The notes under the pieces were generated by a model. The model did not search any database and was not told where the DNA came from. It worked only from the letters and a program-made list of their open reading frames with translations. Positions 38,325 through 49,214 of a stretch of DNA of 64,000 nt are shown here, one piece after another. The stretch lies in sequence record NC_048821.1; one strand, 5' to 3'. Position 1 is the first letter of the stretch. Each line of letters opens with the position of its first letter. A program made the position numbers and the translations under genes.

Positions 38325-39043
38325 TTCGTGAGATTAATAACGAATACAAAAGCATTCGTCAAGAAGTTCGTAAGTGGGGAGATAGTGTCGAAGAGTTTAA
38401 CGTGAAAGTCGTGGAACTCAAGGAAGCACTAGACAGACCGTTTGACAAAGCGACCCTAATGGAAATGGCTAAGTTCGCTGAAGCTCTTCCATCTGAGATC
38501 CGTGAGTTACAACTGTACGCCACACACGGTCCTTCACACGTTAACGGGGATGCTTTCCGTCAATGCGTTTGCATTCGTAGTAATAATGGTTATATTGAAT
38601 TAAGTCCTTTAAACAAAGGTCGCGAGTTAATTCACCGTTATTACGAGTTAGCAACAAAAATGATTAAGTACACTTTAGAAGAATTAAACCGAGAAAGAAC
38701 CGAGGTCAATTCTCATAAAGCGGTATGTTTAAGTCGTGACGTTGCTCGCTTCCATGCTTACATTAACCGTGGGATCTATGAGCCAATTGAATGGGCTAAG
38801 TTAGAACCAGAAGGCGATTACCTTACTGACATGTACTCTTTGGAGTCGACTAAAGAAGCGCTGTATAATGTTTCTGCTCGCTCTAGTCAAAAGGGTGTTT
38901 ATTTCTGGAGTCTAAGTTGGGACGCTGAGCGATTGATGTATGCTGTCAACGCACTACAGTCTCTGGTAGAACGAATCACCGAATTTGGTATCGCTCGACT
39001 AGAACTTACGCCAGAACAACTGGATGCTTTAGAAAACAAGTAA
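38321..39043 (+). CDS. Putative virion protein
   Basis: 240 aa; ATGA overlap with the upstream gene. Confidence 0.6.
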   Translation: MIREINNEYKSIRQEVRKWGDSVEEFNVKVVELKEALDRPFDKATLMEMAKFAEALPSEIRELQLYATHGPSHVNGDAFRQCVCIRSNNGYIELSPLNKGRELIHRYYELATKMIKYTLEELNRERTEVNSHKAVCLSRDVARFHAYINRGIYEPIEWAKLEPEGDYLTDMYSLESTKEALYNVSARSSQKGVYFWSLSWDAERLMYAVNALQSLVERITEFGIARLELTPEQLDALENK

Positions 39044-39049
39044 ACAATA

Positions 39050-39084
39050 TATACTCCCTCTCCCGACTAGGGAGAGGGAGTATA
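39050..39084. terminator. Bidirectional terminator
   Basis: TATACTCCCTCTCCC-GACTA-GGGAGAGGGAGTATA 15-bp stem. Confidence 0.8.
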
Positions 39085-39090
39085 GTTACT

Positions 39091-42015
39091 TTATTTATTT
39101 TTGTAGTGTGGAAGGAACGCGAAAGAAATTGCCTCTTTAACACTCGCTACACCATCGCCCGTGTTTTCTAAACGCTTACGAACCGAGAAAGAAGTCGTAG
39201 TGTCCATATTAGATACTACGTCAATTTCTTGATCATCAGCAAGCGCATTGAGTCGAACGTCTACCACGTCGGTAGGTAGTACGTCTTTTAGCGCTCTTAA
39301 GATGTCGTTATTAGAAACTGTGGTGTTCTTTAACGCTTCATTAATAACGTTAGAGGTTAACGTTTTAAGCGCTGGACGGATGGTGTCACTACGCATACCA
39401 GCCGGCGTTAAGTAGTAGACTACGTTGAATGATAAGTCCGCTCGAACTTTAGTCTCAAACTGAGAGTTGATCACTACGTTAATCAAACCAAGTTTCACTT
39501 TAGGTGAGAACATCAATTCAGTTTTGTCACGCATTTGGCTATCAAAGTTAGCCATGTCTTGCATTACCACGTCACTGATATATGCTTTGGTCTGTTTGGC
39601 GAAGTTAAGATCATACTGGTCATTAGAGAACCAGAAGTTACCGTCAAAACAAACGAAGTCCATGTAGTACTTAAGTTCACCACCACCTAACTTCACTGGG
39701 TTACTGTTGTCATCGTAAACCAAAGAGTTTTTGTAATGCAAGATGACCGGCTCACCATTCTCGTTATACATTGGATCTCCGGCTCGATGTTCGATTACCA
39801 TCTTACCATCTTCAAATACGTAACGATTATTTTCGTCTCGTTTGAAAGTGTCTTCAGGCCACACCTCAGGGACATCTTCTGCGTAACGCTGATATTGCTC
39901 TTCACCCAATACTGGATGAGCGCGGTGGTATAGGTTATTTAGTGTCTTACCAAAGATCACATCATAACCTACCTCAATCAAACACGTCATTCCAGAACCA
40001 AATAGAACTGCGTCAATACGTAAATCTTGTTCCGTTGGTTTCTCGCCTTCAGAGGCACCTACTAAGAACATGACTTTAATGTCAGTCTTAAGTTCCGCGT
40101 TAACACTCTTTGCAGGACGACCAAACATATTAAGGTTTGTGAAACTCAACATGTCACGAACGTCAACATCGAAGTTCGTCTCTAGGATGAACTCCCAAAT
40201 ACGGTTGTTGTCTTGATCACGCCCTAATACCTTACCTTTCATAGTGGCGATCTCACTAGAGTCCGCTGGAGTAAAGTAAAGTTGGGCTGCTACTTTGTCG
40301 TCTGGCATCGAGTTGTAAATTTCATCGCCACGAGTACGCATCACAATACGGTAGCCGTTTTCTAAATGCTCGACTAAAATAGACTCAACACTCAACTCTA
40401 CACCCAGAGTTTCTTTCTCGTAAAGGAAGTTTTGGTTGTCGTATTTAGGTACGTCTAACAAATAAGGACGTATCTTAACGGTACCGCTGGTTGTGTCCAA
40501 CACATTATGAAAAGGTGTGTAAACCAACATGCGACCATTTACATAGTCCAGCAACTCATCCGTGGTCATCAAACCAATCGAATCAACTTGGGTCTTAGGT
40601 AATAACCGTGTACCTGTATCCGTAACTTCAAACACAGTGCCTGGTGGTATGGTAACACGTCGGTCATTATCGTAAACCACACCAGAATCACGTAGTTCGT
40701 CTAATGAATACATCACGCTAGCAATATAAGCATTAACTGACACTGAACGTTTCTCGGCGTCAGAGTACGTTGGCAGGTCCCGAGTTAATTGATACAATCG
40801 ATTAGTGTACATGTCAATCAACTTAGTCGCACTGTAACCGTAAGCATTAAGGTAATTACTTATCTGGTTTTCCGAAATAGGAATGGATTGACGACGACTG
40901 TTGTTGATCGCTTCATGCTTCATTTGCAAGAAGTTACGAGGGTTGGCACCACCGCTTACTTCAGCTTGGATTTCCCACGCTGAGTTGTTAACTTCCCGCA
41001 TTGGCGCTTCGTAACGACCCAACTGGTTGGTACCGTAATCGAAGTCTAAGTACGTTGCGGTGTGGGTCTGAGTACGTAAAGTTTTCAAATCCTGTTCGTA
41101 CGCACCTTTGGTCGTATAAACAACTAAAGTAAGAGTACCAACGCCACGTTTGTTGTTGATATAGACTTCAGGGATGGCGTAAACGAATTGTTGATTGTTT
41201 TGATCAACATCCACGGTTAGCGTTACTTCGTTTTGATTGAAGACTTGGTTGTTGTAAGCGATACGAATTTCACGTGTCGGTTCACCATTAGCCGGACTTA
41301 AGAAAGCACGCACACCAAAAAGCTTGTCTTTGAAATCGTAAGTCTCACGGAGACCTGCTGTCGGAGTAATAGCGATCTTACGTTTGGTCTCACCCTTAAG
41401 TTGCTTGACTGGAATATCGACGTAAAGATATTCTTCACCCAGCATGTTAACTGTACGACGATCTAAGGAGTTAGTCGTGATGTTGTAAAAAGGATGATTG
41501 CTCTTACTATCGTAAACTACCTGCACGTGACCCGCTTCCATTAAACGGAACTCGATGGCATGTACGATGCTAAAGGGAACTCCGTAAACTTCCACGATGG
41601 TGTCTTTTGGCATGACTAACTTACGGTAGTTATTGATCACGGTACCTGACTGTTCTTCGTAAGGCACTGCTAAGCGACGTATCTCATTCATAGGAAGGGA
41701 GAAACGCATTGTGGTTTCACTAGGATACCCAAACAGACCAAAGAACTCATAATCACTCATGTGGCGGAATAAGTCCGATGGCTTACGAGCATGTTCACGG
41801 TAGAGACGAGACTCCACATCCCCTATGCGGTTAATTAGACCCGCTGACTCAGAAACGATCGTATCTAAGGCACGGACAAAAGGATGACTTGTGCTTTCGA
41901 AGGCTACCCGTTTACCTTCAAAGGCTTCTGCTGTTCGGTCAAGTACCAAAGAGATAGCGCGACCCGGGTTGTTAGCGATGCGGTTTAGTTCATCGAAGGT
42001 TAATTCACCACTCAT
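39091..42015 (-). CDS. Baseplate wedge protein (T4 gp6 / Baseplate-J-like, phiKZ gp87-like)
   Basis: SGGANPRNFLQMKHEAI...RRQ..ISENQ resembles the baseplate-J GGxxxE motif; TAATG coupling gives start 42015 (974 aa). Confidence 0.65.
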   Translation of the reverse strand: MSGELTFDELNRIANNPGRAISLVLDRTAEAFEGKRVAFESTSHPFVRALDTIVSESAGLINRIGDVESRLYREHARKPSDLFRHMSDYEFFGLFGYPSETTMRFSLPMNEIRRLAVPYEEQSGTVINNYRKLVMPKDTIVEVYGVPFSIVHAIEFRLMEAGHVQVVYDSKSNHPFYNITTNSLDRRTVNMLGEEYLYVDIPVKQLKGETKRKIAITPTAGLRETYDFKDKLFGVRAFLSPANGEPTREIRIAYNNQVFNQNEVTLTVDVDQNNQQFVYAIPEVYINNKRGVGTLTLVVYTTKGAYEQDLKTLRTQTHTATYLDFDYGTNQLGRYEAPMREVNNSAWEIQAEVSGGANPRNFLQMKHEAINNSRRQSIPISENQISNYLNAYGYSATKLIDMYTNRLYQLTRDLPTYSDAEKRSVSVNAYIASVMYSLDELRDSGVVYDNDRRVTIPPGTVFEVTDTGTRLLPKTQVDSIGLMTTDELLDYVNGRMLVYTPFHNVLDTTSGTVKIRPYLLDVPKYDNQNFLYEKETLGVELSVESILVEHLENGYRIVMRTRGDEIYNSMPDDKVAAQLYFTPADSSEIATMKGKVLGRDQDNNRIWEFILETNFDVDVRDMLSFTNLNMFGRPAKSVNAELKTDIKVMFLVGASEGEKPTEQDLRIDAVLFGSGMTCLIEVGYDVIFGKTLNNLYHRAHPVLGEEQYQRYAEDVPEVWPEDTFKRDENNRYVFEDGKMVIEHRAGDPMYNENGEPVILHYKNSLVYDDNSNPVKLGGGELKYYMDFVCFDGNFWFSNDQYDLNFAKQTKAYISDVVMQDMANFDSQMRDKTELMFSPKVKLGLINVVINSQFETKVRADLSFNVVYYLTPAGMRSDTIRPALKTLTSNVINEALKNTTVSNNDILRALKDVLPTDVVDVRLNALADDQEIDVVSNMDTTTSFSVRKRLENTGDGVASVKEAISFAFLPHYKNK

Positions 42016-43058
42016 TATTTCGTTACCCACCATTCTAGTTCCATGGTATTAATGTTAATCCACGGATAAGCTTTAAAGTTATGATCTAGGAATTCTGACG
42101 GATCTAGTCTACGGTAGACTTTCTCGCGACGACCGTCTTTCATGTCAGAATTAAAGAACGTAGTAGAGCCATTGAAGGCATCGATGCATTCAAAGGTATC
42201 GGCACGAGCACCAATTGATTTGAACTGAATATCGTATGTGTCCTGCCCCGGTCCGCGTCGACTATTTTGTTCATAGTCGATAGAAGCCAAACTACCCTGA
42301 GGGTGCGTGGAAGGAACAGATTGAATCGTCATGTAGATAGATTCAATGTTTACCATATTTGGGTTCATGAACAGATGGAAAATACGAGTGTCGAAATCCC
42401 AATAATTCTGGTACTGGGCTTCGAAGTAAGGTTCCATGCCATGGTCACCCAAACGGACCTCGGGAATGTAATGTTCCCAAACCGAAAATAAATAAGGGAG
42501 GATACCACCCTTAACATTTTTATAGGTTTGGTTAATGGTCAGTAGTCCGTTGGTTTCCAACAAACCTTCTATCCATTGGTACGTTTCTTGACGGATACCA
42601 GGTTGACCGGCAACAGATTCTAATTCTAGATCCGGGAACCCGTCTGATTTTCTTAGTAAGTTGGTTAGCAAAGGTAGCCATGCATTTTTGTTGTCCAATG
42701 CAGGATGTGAGTAAGTTCTTCCTACTCGATAATCCAATAGCCCACGAATGTATCCACCTAACGTGTTGGCGTCTGCTTTAAACAGTTTAGCGAAACGAGG
42801 TGACTTCGACACGTTCTCGTCGCTGAGGTTCAGTACCGGTCGAGTTATGAACATTAATCCTATGGTGTCATCAGCCAAAGGTGCTAGTTGTATACCGTTA
42901 CCCAATATTTTTATGCCATGAAGAATATTACCTAACGGGCTAAGGTAACTACCGCCACCATTTTCTTTAAAAATGTCATTCAACCAAACCTTCAAATTTG
43001 GATCGACTTCCCCAGTAAATGGGTTGAGCGGCTTTTGCTGTTTGTCAATTTCATCCAT
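42015..43058 (-). CDS. Tail-tube-like baseplate protein (T4 gp48/gp54-like, phiKZ gp88-like)
   Basis: 347 aa upstream of the wedge gene; assignment by synteny and a tube-fold-like pattern. Confidence 0.5.
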   Translation of the reverse strand: MDEIDKQQKPLNPFTGEVDPNLKVWLNDIFKENGGGSYLSPLGNILHGIKILGNGIQLAPLADDTIGLMFITRPVLNLSDENVSKSPRFAKLFKADANTLGGYIRGLLDYRVGRTYSHPALDNKNAWLPLLTNLLRKSDGFPDLELESVAGQPGIRQETYQWIEGLLETNGLLTINQTYKNVKGGILPYLFSVWEHYIPEVRLGDHGMEPYFEAQYQNYWDFDTRIFHLFMNPNMVNIESIYMTIQSVPSTHPQGSLASIDYEQNSRRGPGQDTYDIQFKSIGARADTFECIDAFNGSTTFFNSDMKDGRREKVYRRLDPSEFLDHNFKAYPWININTMELEWWVTK

Positions 43059-43097
43059 TTTTTATTTCCTAATAACTTAACTTGAAGAGAATTTATT

Positions 43098-44207
43098 ATG
43101 AGCACAATGATCAATCTTGGCTCTGCCCTTCTGAACGCACTTAGTCCAGAATGGGTTGCCAATTTGACAGAGACTGTCACTACGCAGGGTGGTGCGGTAT
43201 ACGATACCCATAAGGGCAACAGTCTGGTTGCTTCAGCACAAAAAACGATGATCCGACCTATGGTCGTCATCGAACAATCTGTAGTGCATCAGGACTACGC
43301 GACTGACCTGATGACGATCATACAATTGCGAGATATTCAGGCAACTTTAAGTCATTTACGCCTCCAAGGTACGATCGGTGGTGTACAGATTGACAAGTAC
43401 ATTGACCCTATTCGTCCTACCCGTAACATGGGTCGTCGACTAGGTAGTTTTGGTGGACTGGAGTCATTCGGTGGCACCGATATCATGAAGCCGGTCGAAG
43501 GTGAAGTAGCGGGTCAGGAATCACATTCAGTATCAGTAGACAGCAAGTCTGCACAAACTGTGTTAACCGAGTACGCTCCATTGGCACTAGGTCGTACAGT
43601 AGAAGCACAAGTCAATATTGACGATAAGCCGGTCAACTTCCCTCTAACGTTCCGTCAGATTCCTGTTCCTATGGACGTGAAAGACTTGGAGCGTGTATTT
43701 AGCAATGCTAAAGGTGATGATACTTGGAAGACACGTTTTGATAAACTAAGCGTGAACATGATCACGGTACCTGAACTACTGACCGGCAGTGATGTTGTTA
43801 AGGAGAAGTTCCGTGTTCGTTTGGACGACCTTAAGTCTAAAACGAAATACATCAACGACTCTATCGCTAACCAACGCAACCATATCAAGAAAGCGTTTGC
43901 GACTGGTGAGATGTCCATGAACAACATGGCGAATACGTTCGTTATTACTGACAGCACAGCGCGTCAGATCGAACTAGTTACAGGTAAGCGTTTTGATAAT
44001 GTAAGTCAACGTGAATCTTTGTGGCAAGGTCTTAAAGCTAACACTATCGTGATTTGTAATGAATCTCGCGGTCTGTTCACTTTCTACACTATGGGTGAGA
44101 AACTCCCTGAACAGTACACTCGTAACGACATCAAGCAAAAAGCGGCTAAAGAGTCTAGTGTGGGTTCTTTAACAGATATCATGAAACTTCTTAATGGCGG
44201 TATGTAA
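43098..44207 (+). CDS. Internal head protein (phiKZ gp89-like)
   Basis: 369 aa; GGLES and AGQES maturation-type sites; synteny. Confidence 0.6.
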   Translation: MSTMINLGSALLNALSPEWVANLTETVTTQGGAVYDTHKGNSLVASAQKTMIRPMVVIEQSVVHQDYATDLMTIIQLRDIQATLSHLRLQGTIGGVQIDKYIDPIRPTRNMGRRLGSFGGLESFGGTDIMKPVEGEVAGQESHSVSVDSKSAQTVLTEYAPLALGRTVEAQVNIDDKPVNFPLTFRQIPVPMDVKDLERVFSNAKGDDTWKTRFDKLSVNMITVPELLTGSDVVKEKFRVRLDDLKSKTKYINDSIANQRNHIKKAFATGEMSMNNMANTFVITDSTARQIELVTGKRFDNVSQRESLWQGLKANTIVICNESRGLFTFYTMGEKLPEQYTRNDIKQKAAKESSVGSLTDIMKLLNGGM

Positions 44208-45088
44208 TGGAAATCTTAGAATTTAAAAATAACCTAAAGCCGGTAAAGAAAGCCGACATTGTTAAGGTAATTAAAGGTCACCGTGATTACATCGAAGGTG
44301 CACACGACAACCTGCGCTTACTACAAAGTGAAGGCATTCCCTTGAGTAAAGCAATGGAAGGATGGAAACTGGCTCCTGCTCTTTTCAAAGAAATGCGTGG
44401 ATCAGTTAACAAGTCGATCTCCATGGAGAGTATTGTAGAAGGCGCTATCCGTAACGCACTGTCTATTCTTGAAACATTGGAAAAAGACTTCAATGCAGGT
44501 CCTGGGGTGATTGGTAAAGAGACGGCGACTATTCGTGAACTCAATGCCTTGATGTTAGATACTTACATCGCTTTCTGGGTGGACTACTTGTCTCGTCTGA
44601 TGAACATGTTCACTTCAATGATGGTTAAAGGTAAGACGGCAGAACAAGTCACTCAAAAACCTGATCTGAAGTTCTTGATCGACAACATGGCGAAGTTCGG
44701 TGAGTTAACTTACTTGTTGTTTGAACGTGGTGGCATCATTCATAAACGTTACCGTTCGGCTCCAAAGATTGTTGCGGACGAACAGACGGTTGACGTGCTA
44801 ACTGAAACTAAGGGTAAAGATTCAGTCCTAGTTTTACAAACACGTAACTTTGGCCCTCACTCACTTAACCCAGGTTACTGGTACTCGCTACTAAAAATGG
44901 AATTTGCTTTGGTTCAATACGAATCTCAGCAAAACTCTATCGAGTCGAATGCCCAGAAGATCAGCTACTATCAAGATCTTCAAAACCAAGAGCCTTCTCC
45001 TGCTAACGAGAAAATGATCGAGTTGCTTGAAGAACGCATCATCAAGGCGCAAGCTAAGATGGAAGAAATCGAACAACGCTACGCTTAA
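44207..45088 (+). CDS. Internal head/inner body protein (phiKZ gp90-like)
   Basis: 293 aa; TAATG coupling; C-terminal coiled coil. Confidence 0.6.
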   Translation: MEILEFKNNLKPVKKADIVKVIKGHRDYIEGAHDNLRLLQSEGIPLSKAMEGWKLAPALFKEMRGSVNKSISMESIVEGAIRNALSILETLEKDFNAGPGVIGKETATIRELNALMLDTYIAFWVDYLSRLMNMFTSMMVKGKTAEQVTQKPDLKFLIDNMAKFGELTYLLFERGGIIHKRYRSAPKIVADEQTVDVLTETKGKDSVLVLQTRNFGPHSLNPGYWYSLLKMEFALVQYESQQNSIESNAQKISYYQDLQNQEPSPANEKMIELLEERIIKAQAKMEEIEQRYA

Positions 45089-45098
45089 GGGGTAAGTA

Positions 45099-45608
45099 AT
45101 GAGTGACTTTCGTAAAGTTGCATACGGTTATGTAGATAGCCGTTTACTGGACCCGACGCTAACAGTGATTAACGGTATTCTTCGTGCTTACGTACACAGT
45201 TCGCAAGACATGGAGATGATGATTGATCCGGCGTCGATCCAAGAAGTCTTAGAGATGGGTGATAAGGTCACCGGCAAAGACTTCAAACATTGGGTGATGG
45301 CTAACTACGAGCGCGGCGCGGGTCGTCGTGCTAAGTTGATGCGCAATATCGTGTTCTTCCTCAATGGTAAGATTTCAGCTCGTACTTTAGAACAAGCGAT
45401 TACTGCTGACGAACAACTGGTAACGACCACGGAACTAAAATACATCAAAGCTGCCATCCCTAATGTGGATCGTCGCAACTTGGATGAAATAGAAGACGTG
45501 ATTCGTTATTTGAAACACGAAGATATTTATCGTTTAATCGAAGGTATCGGTCCTCAAATGTTCGCTCGCATGTTGATCACCTTTAATGGAGAATCAGCGT
45601 ATGCCTAG
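45099..45608 (+). CDS. Putative virion protein
   Basis: 169 aa within the head operon. Confidence 0.6.
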   Translation: MSDFRKVAYGYVDSRLLDPTLTVINGILRAYVHSSQDMEMMIDPASIQEVLEMGDKVTGKDFKHWVMANYERGAGRRAKLMRNIVFFLNGKISARTLEQAITADEQLVTTTELKYIKAAIPNVDRRNLDEIEDVIRYLKHEDIYRLIEGIGPQMFARMLITFNGESAYA

Positions 45609-46872
45609 TGGAGATGTAAACAACGAATTAGCGGCACTAAGTGTAGTTAGTTCATCTGAGTTAGCTGAACAAGCTCGTGAAGGTCGTGACCTAGTTAAAC
45701 TCCAAGACGAGATTACGAATGCGATTGATCGTGTAGAAGCTGTTAAGACGGTATTGGGTGAAACTGAACCTAAAGACGTGACACAGTTGTTTGGTAACGT
45801 TATTGACCGTCAGCTGGAACGTGTAGGTGTTCGTAGCTTTGGTGATAAAGATGAAGTAGCAGGTGTTGAGTCACTGGGCTTAGGGTTAACTCCTAGTCGT
45901 TATTTAGAAACTCGTATTGCTGCGTGTGAGTCTTTCCTGACTGAATTTATGGACTGGAGCCGTAACATCACTAAACGTTTCTATAACGAAGTGTTGGAAC
46001 AGCTCGTTCTAATGAAGGACGGTCACGACACACTCACTAAGCGTGCCAAACTGTTACAAACTTTGATGAACGATAACAAGACCGTTTTCAAAGAAGGTGA
46101 CATTACGTTAGGTGGCGCTAATCGAGTTCTGTTGTTAAACAACAAAGTCCCGGAAGATCTTCAAAACCAGATCACACGTTTTGTTGCTACTACTCGTGCT
46201 ATTACCAGTAACTTCTATCGAGCTAACCAAGCTAACACCAACGAGATGATTTCTTACTTTGGTGGATTTGCAGGGCTGGATGAAGAAGCAGCAATTAAAC
46301 GCCTCCTGAAGCTCCCTGGTGCGTTATCTAAGTATCAGTTTAAAGAAGCTATGTTCAACATCCGTGAGCAGTCTAACGACGTCTACCAGACTCGTGGGAG
46401 CGTTAAGCTATTAGGTGACCGCCAGTACATCAATACTTTCTTAGTAGATCGTAAAGTCCGCATTGATTTAGAAGGTGTTAAGTCATGGATCGAACTCTAT
46501 CGTAAACACGAAAGCGTCAAGTTGGAAATCCAAACTCGACAAGACGGTGACGTGACTTTACCGGCATTCGATCAAGCACAAACCGATAAAGCCATCCGTA
46601 GTGTGTTCTCTACATTGAAGGACGTGGAAGGTTTATTCAAAGAAGGTGATCGCTACTTAGTGGACGGCAATGAGTACAAGAAAATGCTCGCTATGCTAAG
46701 TGACGTCACTTGGTCTGAATCGGTGAAAGCCTCGGTCGGTGATGCATTCATCGCTTTGATTCTGACACGCAATAATGAACAGGTTCGTATGCGTTCAGAT
46801 GTGGTAAAATACACTACGCTGGTAATGAACGCCATCTTGAACGTTTGTGAGCAATCGATGGAGCGACCATAA
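45601..46872 (+). CDS. Internal head protein with propeptide (phiKZ gp92-like)
   Basis: ATG 45601 with GGAGA RBS (423 aa); AGVES and ACESF sites. Confidence 0.6.
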   Translation: MPSGDVNNELAALSVVSSSELAEQAREGRDLVKLQDEITNAIDRVEAVKTVLGETEPKDVTQLFGNVIDRQLERVGVRSFGDKDEVAGVESLGLGLTPSRYLETRIAACESFLTEFMDWSRNITKRFYNEVLEQLVLMKDGHDTLTKRAKLLQTLMNDNKTVFKEGDITLGGANRVLLLNNKVPEDLQNQITRFVATTRAITSNFYRANQANTNEMISYFGGFAGLDEEAAIKRLLKLPGALSKYQFKEAMFNIREQSNDVYQTRGSVKLLGDRQYINTFLVDRKVRIDLEGVKSWIELYRKHESVKLEIQTRQDGDVTLPAFDQAQTDKAIRSVFSTLKDVEGLFKEGDRYLVDGNEYKKMLAMLSDVTWSESVKASVGDAFIALILTRNNEQVRMRSDVVKYTTLVMNAILNVCEQSMERP

Positions 46873-47825
46873 TGGATGAAGCTGAGTACACACCAGAACA
46901 ACTGCAATTAGCGTTTCGCGGACTAGCAGGTGAAGAGTCGTTATTCAGTGACATCCGAGACGCCATTGGTTTGGGTGGTTCTAAAGCAGAACAAGTAAAC
47001 GAACTATCTGACGGTAAACTCGCCAACCGTTTCATGTTGGGCGCTAATACCGTGGCACGCTTAACGGCTAAAGCCTTGGGATCTAACGACGGGGTGATCA
47101 GCTCACTTATGTCTCGCGCTAAGTCAGTTGAACTCCATGAGGTTAAAGTCTCGGGAAAACTGATTGCAGACCTTACTATTGACAACGAGCTCTCTCATCT
47201 GCTGAGTGATCAAAAAACACTGAGTGATACAATCTCGACGGTCATGCGTTATCAAAGCGAACTGGAAAGTTACGGGGGTGAAATCAATACCCTTTTGAAG
47301 GCTGCTAAGTCCGCTAAGGATAATGCGAAGTTAACTGAGATCACAACTAAACTTGGGATGGTTAAATTCCCCGTTTTAAAACTCCAAGCTAAAGACGAGG
47401 ACGGTTACCATTCTGAACTACTCCCGGGTGGTAAACGTATTCGCTGCACTGAGGACCCGGTAAAGTTCATCTTGGATGGAACGGGTGACTCCGGAGCCGA
47501 ACAAACCTTTGAGTTTAGTAAAGACCAGCTGAACAAATTCTTGACTCAAATGCGCTGGGTGAATACTCAGCAGAAATCATTGAGCGAGATGATCAACCGT
47601 TACGCTAAGTTCTTGAAAGAATGGAGTGCGACGGTAAAAGATGTTCAAGGTCATCTGGACAAAACCGAGGGCGTGAGTAAATCGGTTAACAACCAATTAG
47701 TGAGTCATATGGCACTCAATTCATCTCAGGTGGAATTTTATACGACGTTCCTTCCTCGACTGATTGCCTATTTAAATCATTACGTAAATCAAGGTAACGA
47801 TTTAGTGACCGTTGTCCTGAAATAA
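46872..47825 (+). CDS. Internal head protein paralog
   Basis: 317 aa; AGEES site near the N-terminus; TAATG coupling. Confidence 0.6.
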   Translation: MDEAEYTPEQLQLAFRGLAGEESLFSDIRDAIGLGGSKAEQVNELSDGKLANRFMLGANTVARLTAKALGSNDGVISSLMSRAKSVELHEVKVSGKLIADLTIDNELSHLLSDQKTLSDTISTVMRYQSELESYGGEINTLLKAAKSAKDNAKLTEITTKLGMVKFPVLKLQAKDEDGYHSELLPGGKRIRCTEDPVKFILDGTGDSGAEQTFEFSKDQLNKFLTQMRWVNTQQKSLSEMINRYAKFLKEWSATVKDVQGHLDKTEGVSKSVNNQLVSHMALNSSQVEFYTTFLPRLIAYLNHYVNQGNDLVTVVLK

Positions 47826-47883
47826 ATTTAATATTAGGGAGTCAACCGACTCCCCTACTTTCATAAATAAAGGAAACATTAGT

Positions 47884-49143
47884 ATGTCTCTTCGAATCAA
47901 AGAAATGTTAGCGCTTCAAGCGGGAATGGAAACCCTAGGTACGCCGACTCCAGTTGAAATGACTGCGGAAGAAGCTCACGAGCTAGCTAACGAAATCGCA
48001 CACAAGCAGATGGAAGCAGAGATCAATGAAAACTCGAAAGAGATCAATGAGATCGCTGAAGTCGTTGAAGATGTTCAAGACGAAGTTGAAGAACTGGAAG
48101 AAGTAGTAGAAGGTCTAGAAGCGCTTGCTAAACTACCTGAACTAAACCGTCCTACTATCAACGTTCTTTACCGCCGTGCACAACGTCTGAACGCCGGTCT
48201 TGGTGGTAATGAACCTGAGCAAGTTGCAGGTAACGAAAGCCTTAGCGATGACGCGTACCGTGCGGCTGTTGTTACAGGCTGTGAAGGTTTCATGGAAACC
48301 ATGAAGAAAGCTTACGAGTCAACTTCATCTTTCATCAAGAACATTTTCTATGCGCTAGTTGACGCAGTGAAGAAACTCTTCAGTTTTGCAACGGATCAAT
48401 CTGAAAAAGCCAAGAAACTTAAAGCCGAAGTGGATGGTAAAGAACTTCGCACACCAATCAAACTAGGTGGTTGGAACCGTTGGTTCAATGGTAAGGTCGA
48501 TAGCATGGATAAGGTAATCGCTGATGTCAGTGGTGTTATCCCTGAGTTTGGTAACTTACTAAAAGAAATGACAGACGTCACATCTGTTTCGGCTGAAGAT
48601 AACGATAAACTACTTGGTAAAGTAACGAGTCTAGCAGACAAATTCGAAGCAGCTATCAAGAAGTCTGGCTCCCCTTGGACTGCTGGTAAGGGTCGTACTA
48701 CAAACGGTACTAACTTCGTTCAGTGGATTGTACCTAATAAAGATGACTTCAAAGGCGAGACTGTTGATAAAGCAATCGCAGCGTTCCAATTTAACGTGGA
48801 AGCAGGTTCTCACATGAACACCCTTGAAGGCACTAAGTTATCAGGTGAAGCTCCCGCTATGTTCTCTAAATCTGACGTAGGTGGCATTCTTGATACAGTG
48901 ACTAAGAACGCTGAAACTATCAAGAAAATGAAAGCTGACGTCGACGGTCTTAAGTCTACTGTTGATGAAGTGATCAACAAGCTTAAGAAAGGTCCTAAAG
49001 GTGATGACGACAAAGCAGCGAAAGTTCGCATTGCTGCACTAAAACGTTTCATCGGTAAATACAGTCAGCTAGTTAACAACTACTGTCGTATCGTTTCTAA
49101 TATCGACAACGGCAAGCTAGCAGCAGTTAAAGCTCACTTCTAA
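47884..49143 (+). CDS. Internal head/ejection protein, gp93/95/97-type paralog
   Basis: 419 aa; AGMET, E-rich propeptide, EGLEA, AGNES, TGCEG/FMETMKK; ends KLAAVKAHF. Confidence 0.7.
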   Translation: MSLRIKEMLALQAGMETLGTPTPVEMTAEEAHELANEIAHKQMEAEINENSKEINEIAEVVEDVQDEVEELEEVVEGLEALAKLPELNRPTINVLYRRAQRLNAGLGGNEPEQVAGNESLSDDAYRAAVVTGCEGFMETMKKAYESTSSFIKNIFYALVDAVKKLFSFATDQSEKAKKLKAEVDGKELRTPIKLGGWNRWFNGKVDSMDKVIADVSGVIPEFGNLLKEMTDVTSVSAEDNDKLLGKVTSLADKFEAAIKKSGSPWTAGKGRTTNGTNFVQWIVPNKDDFKGETVDKAIAAFQFNVEAGSHMNTLEGTKLSGEAPAMFSKSDVGGILDTVTKNAETIKKMKADVDGLKSTVDEVINKLKKGPKGDDDKAAKVRIAALKRFIGKYSQLVNNYCRIVSNIDNGKLAAVKAHF

Positions 49144-49152
49144 TCTCTTCTA

Positions 49153-49189
49153 TTAAACTGTGGTTCCTAGAACCACAGTTTATTTTTTA
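49153..49189 (+). terminator. Intrinsic terminator
   Basis: TAAACTGTGGTTC-CTA-GAACCACAGTTTA followed by T6. Confidence 0.7.
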
Positions 49190-49214
49190 TTTGTAAAGTC
49201 ATTAAGGTTTGATA

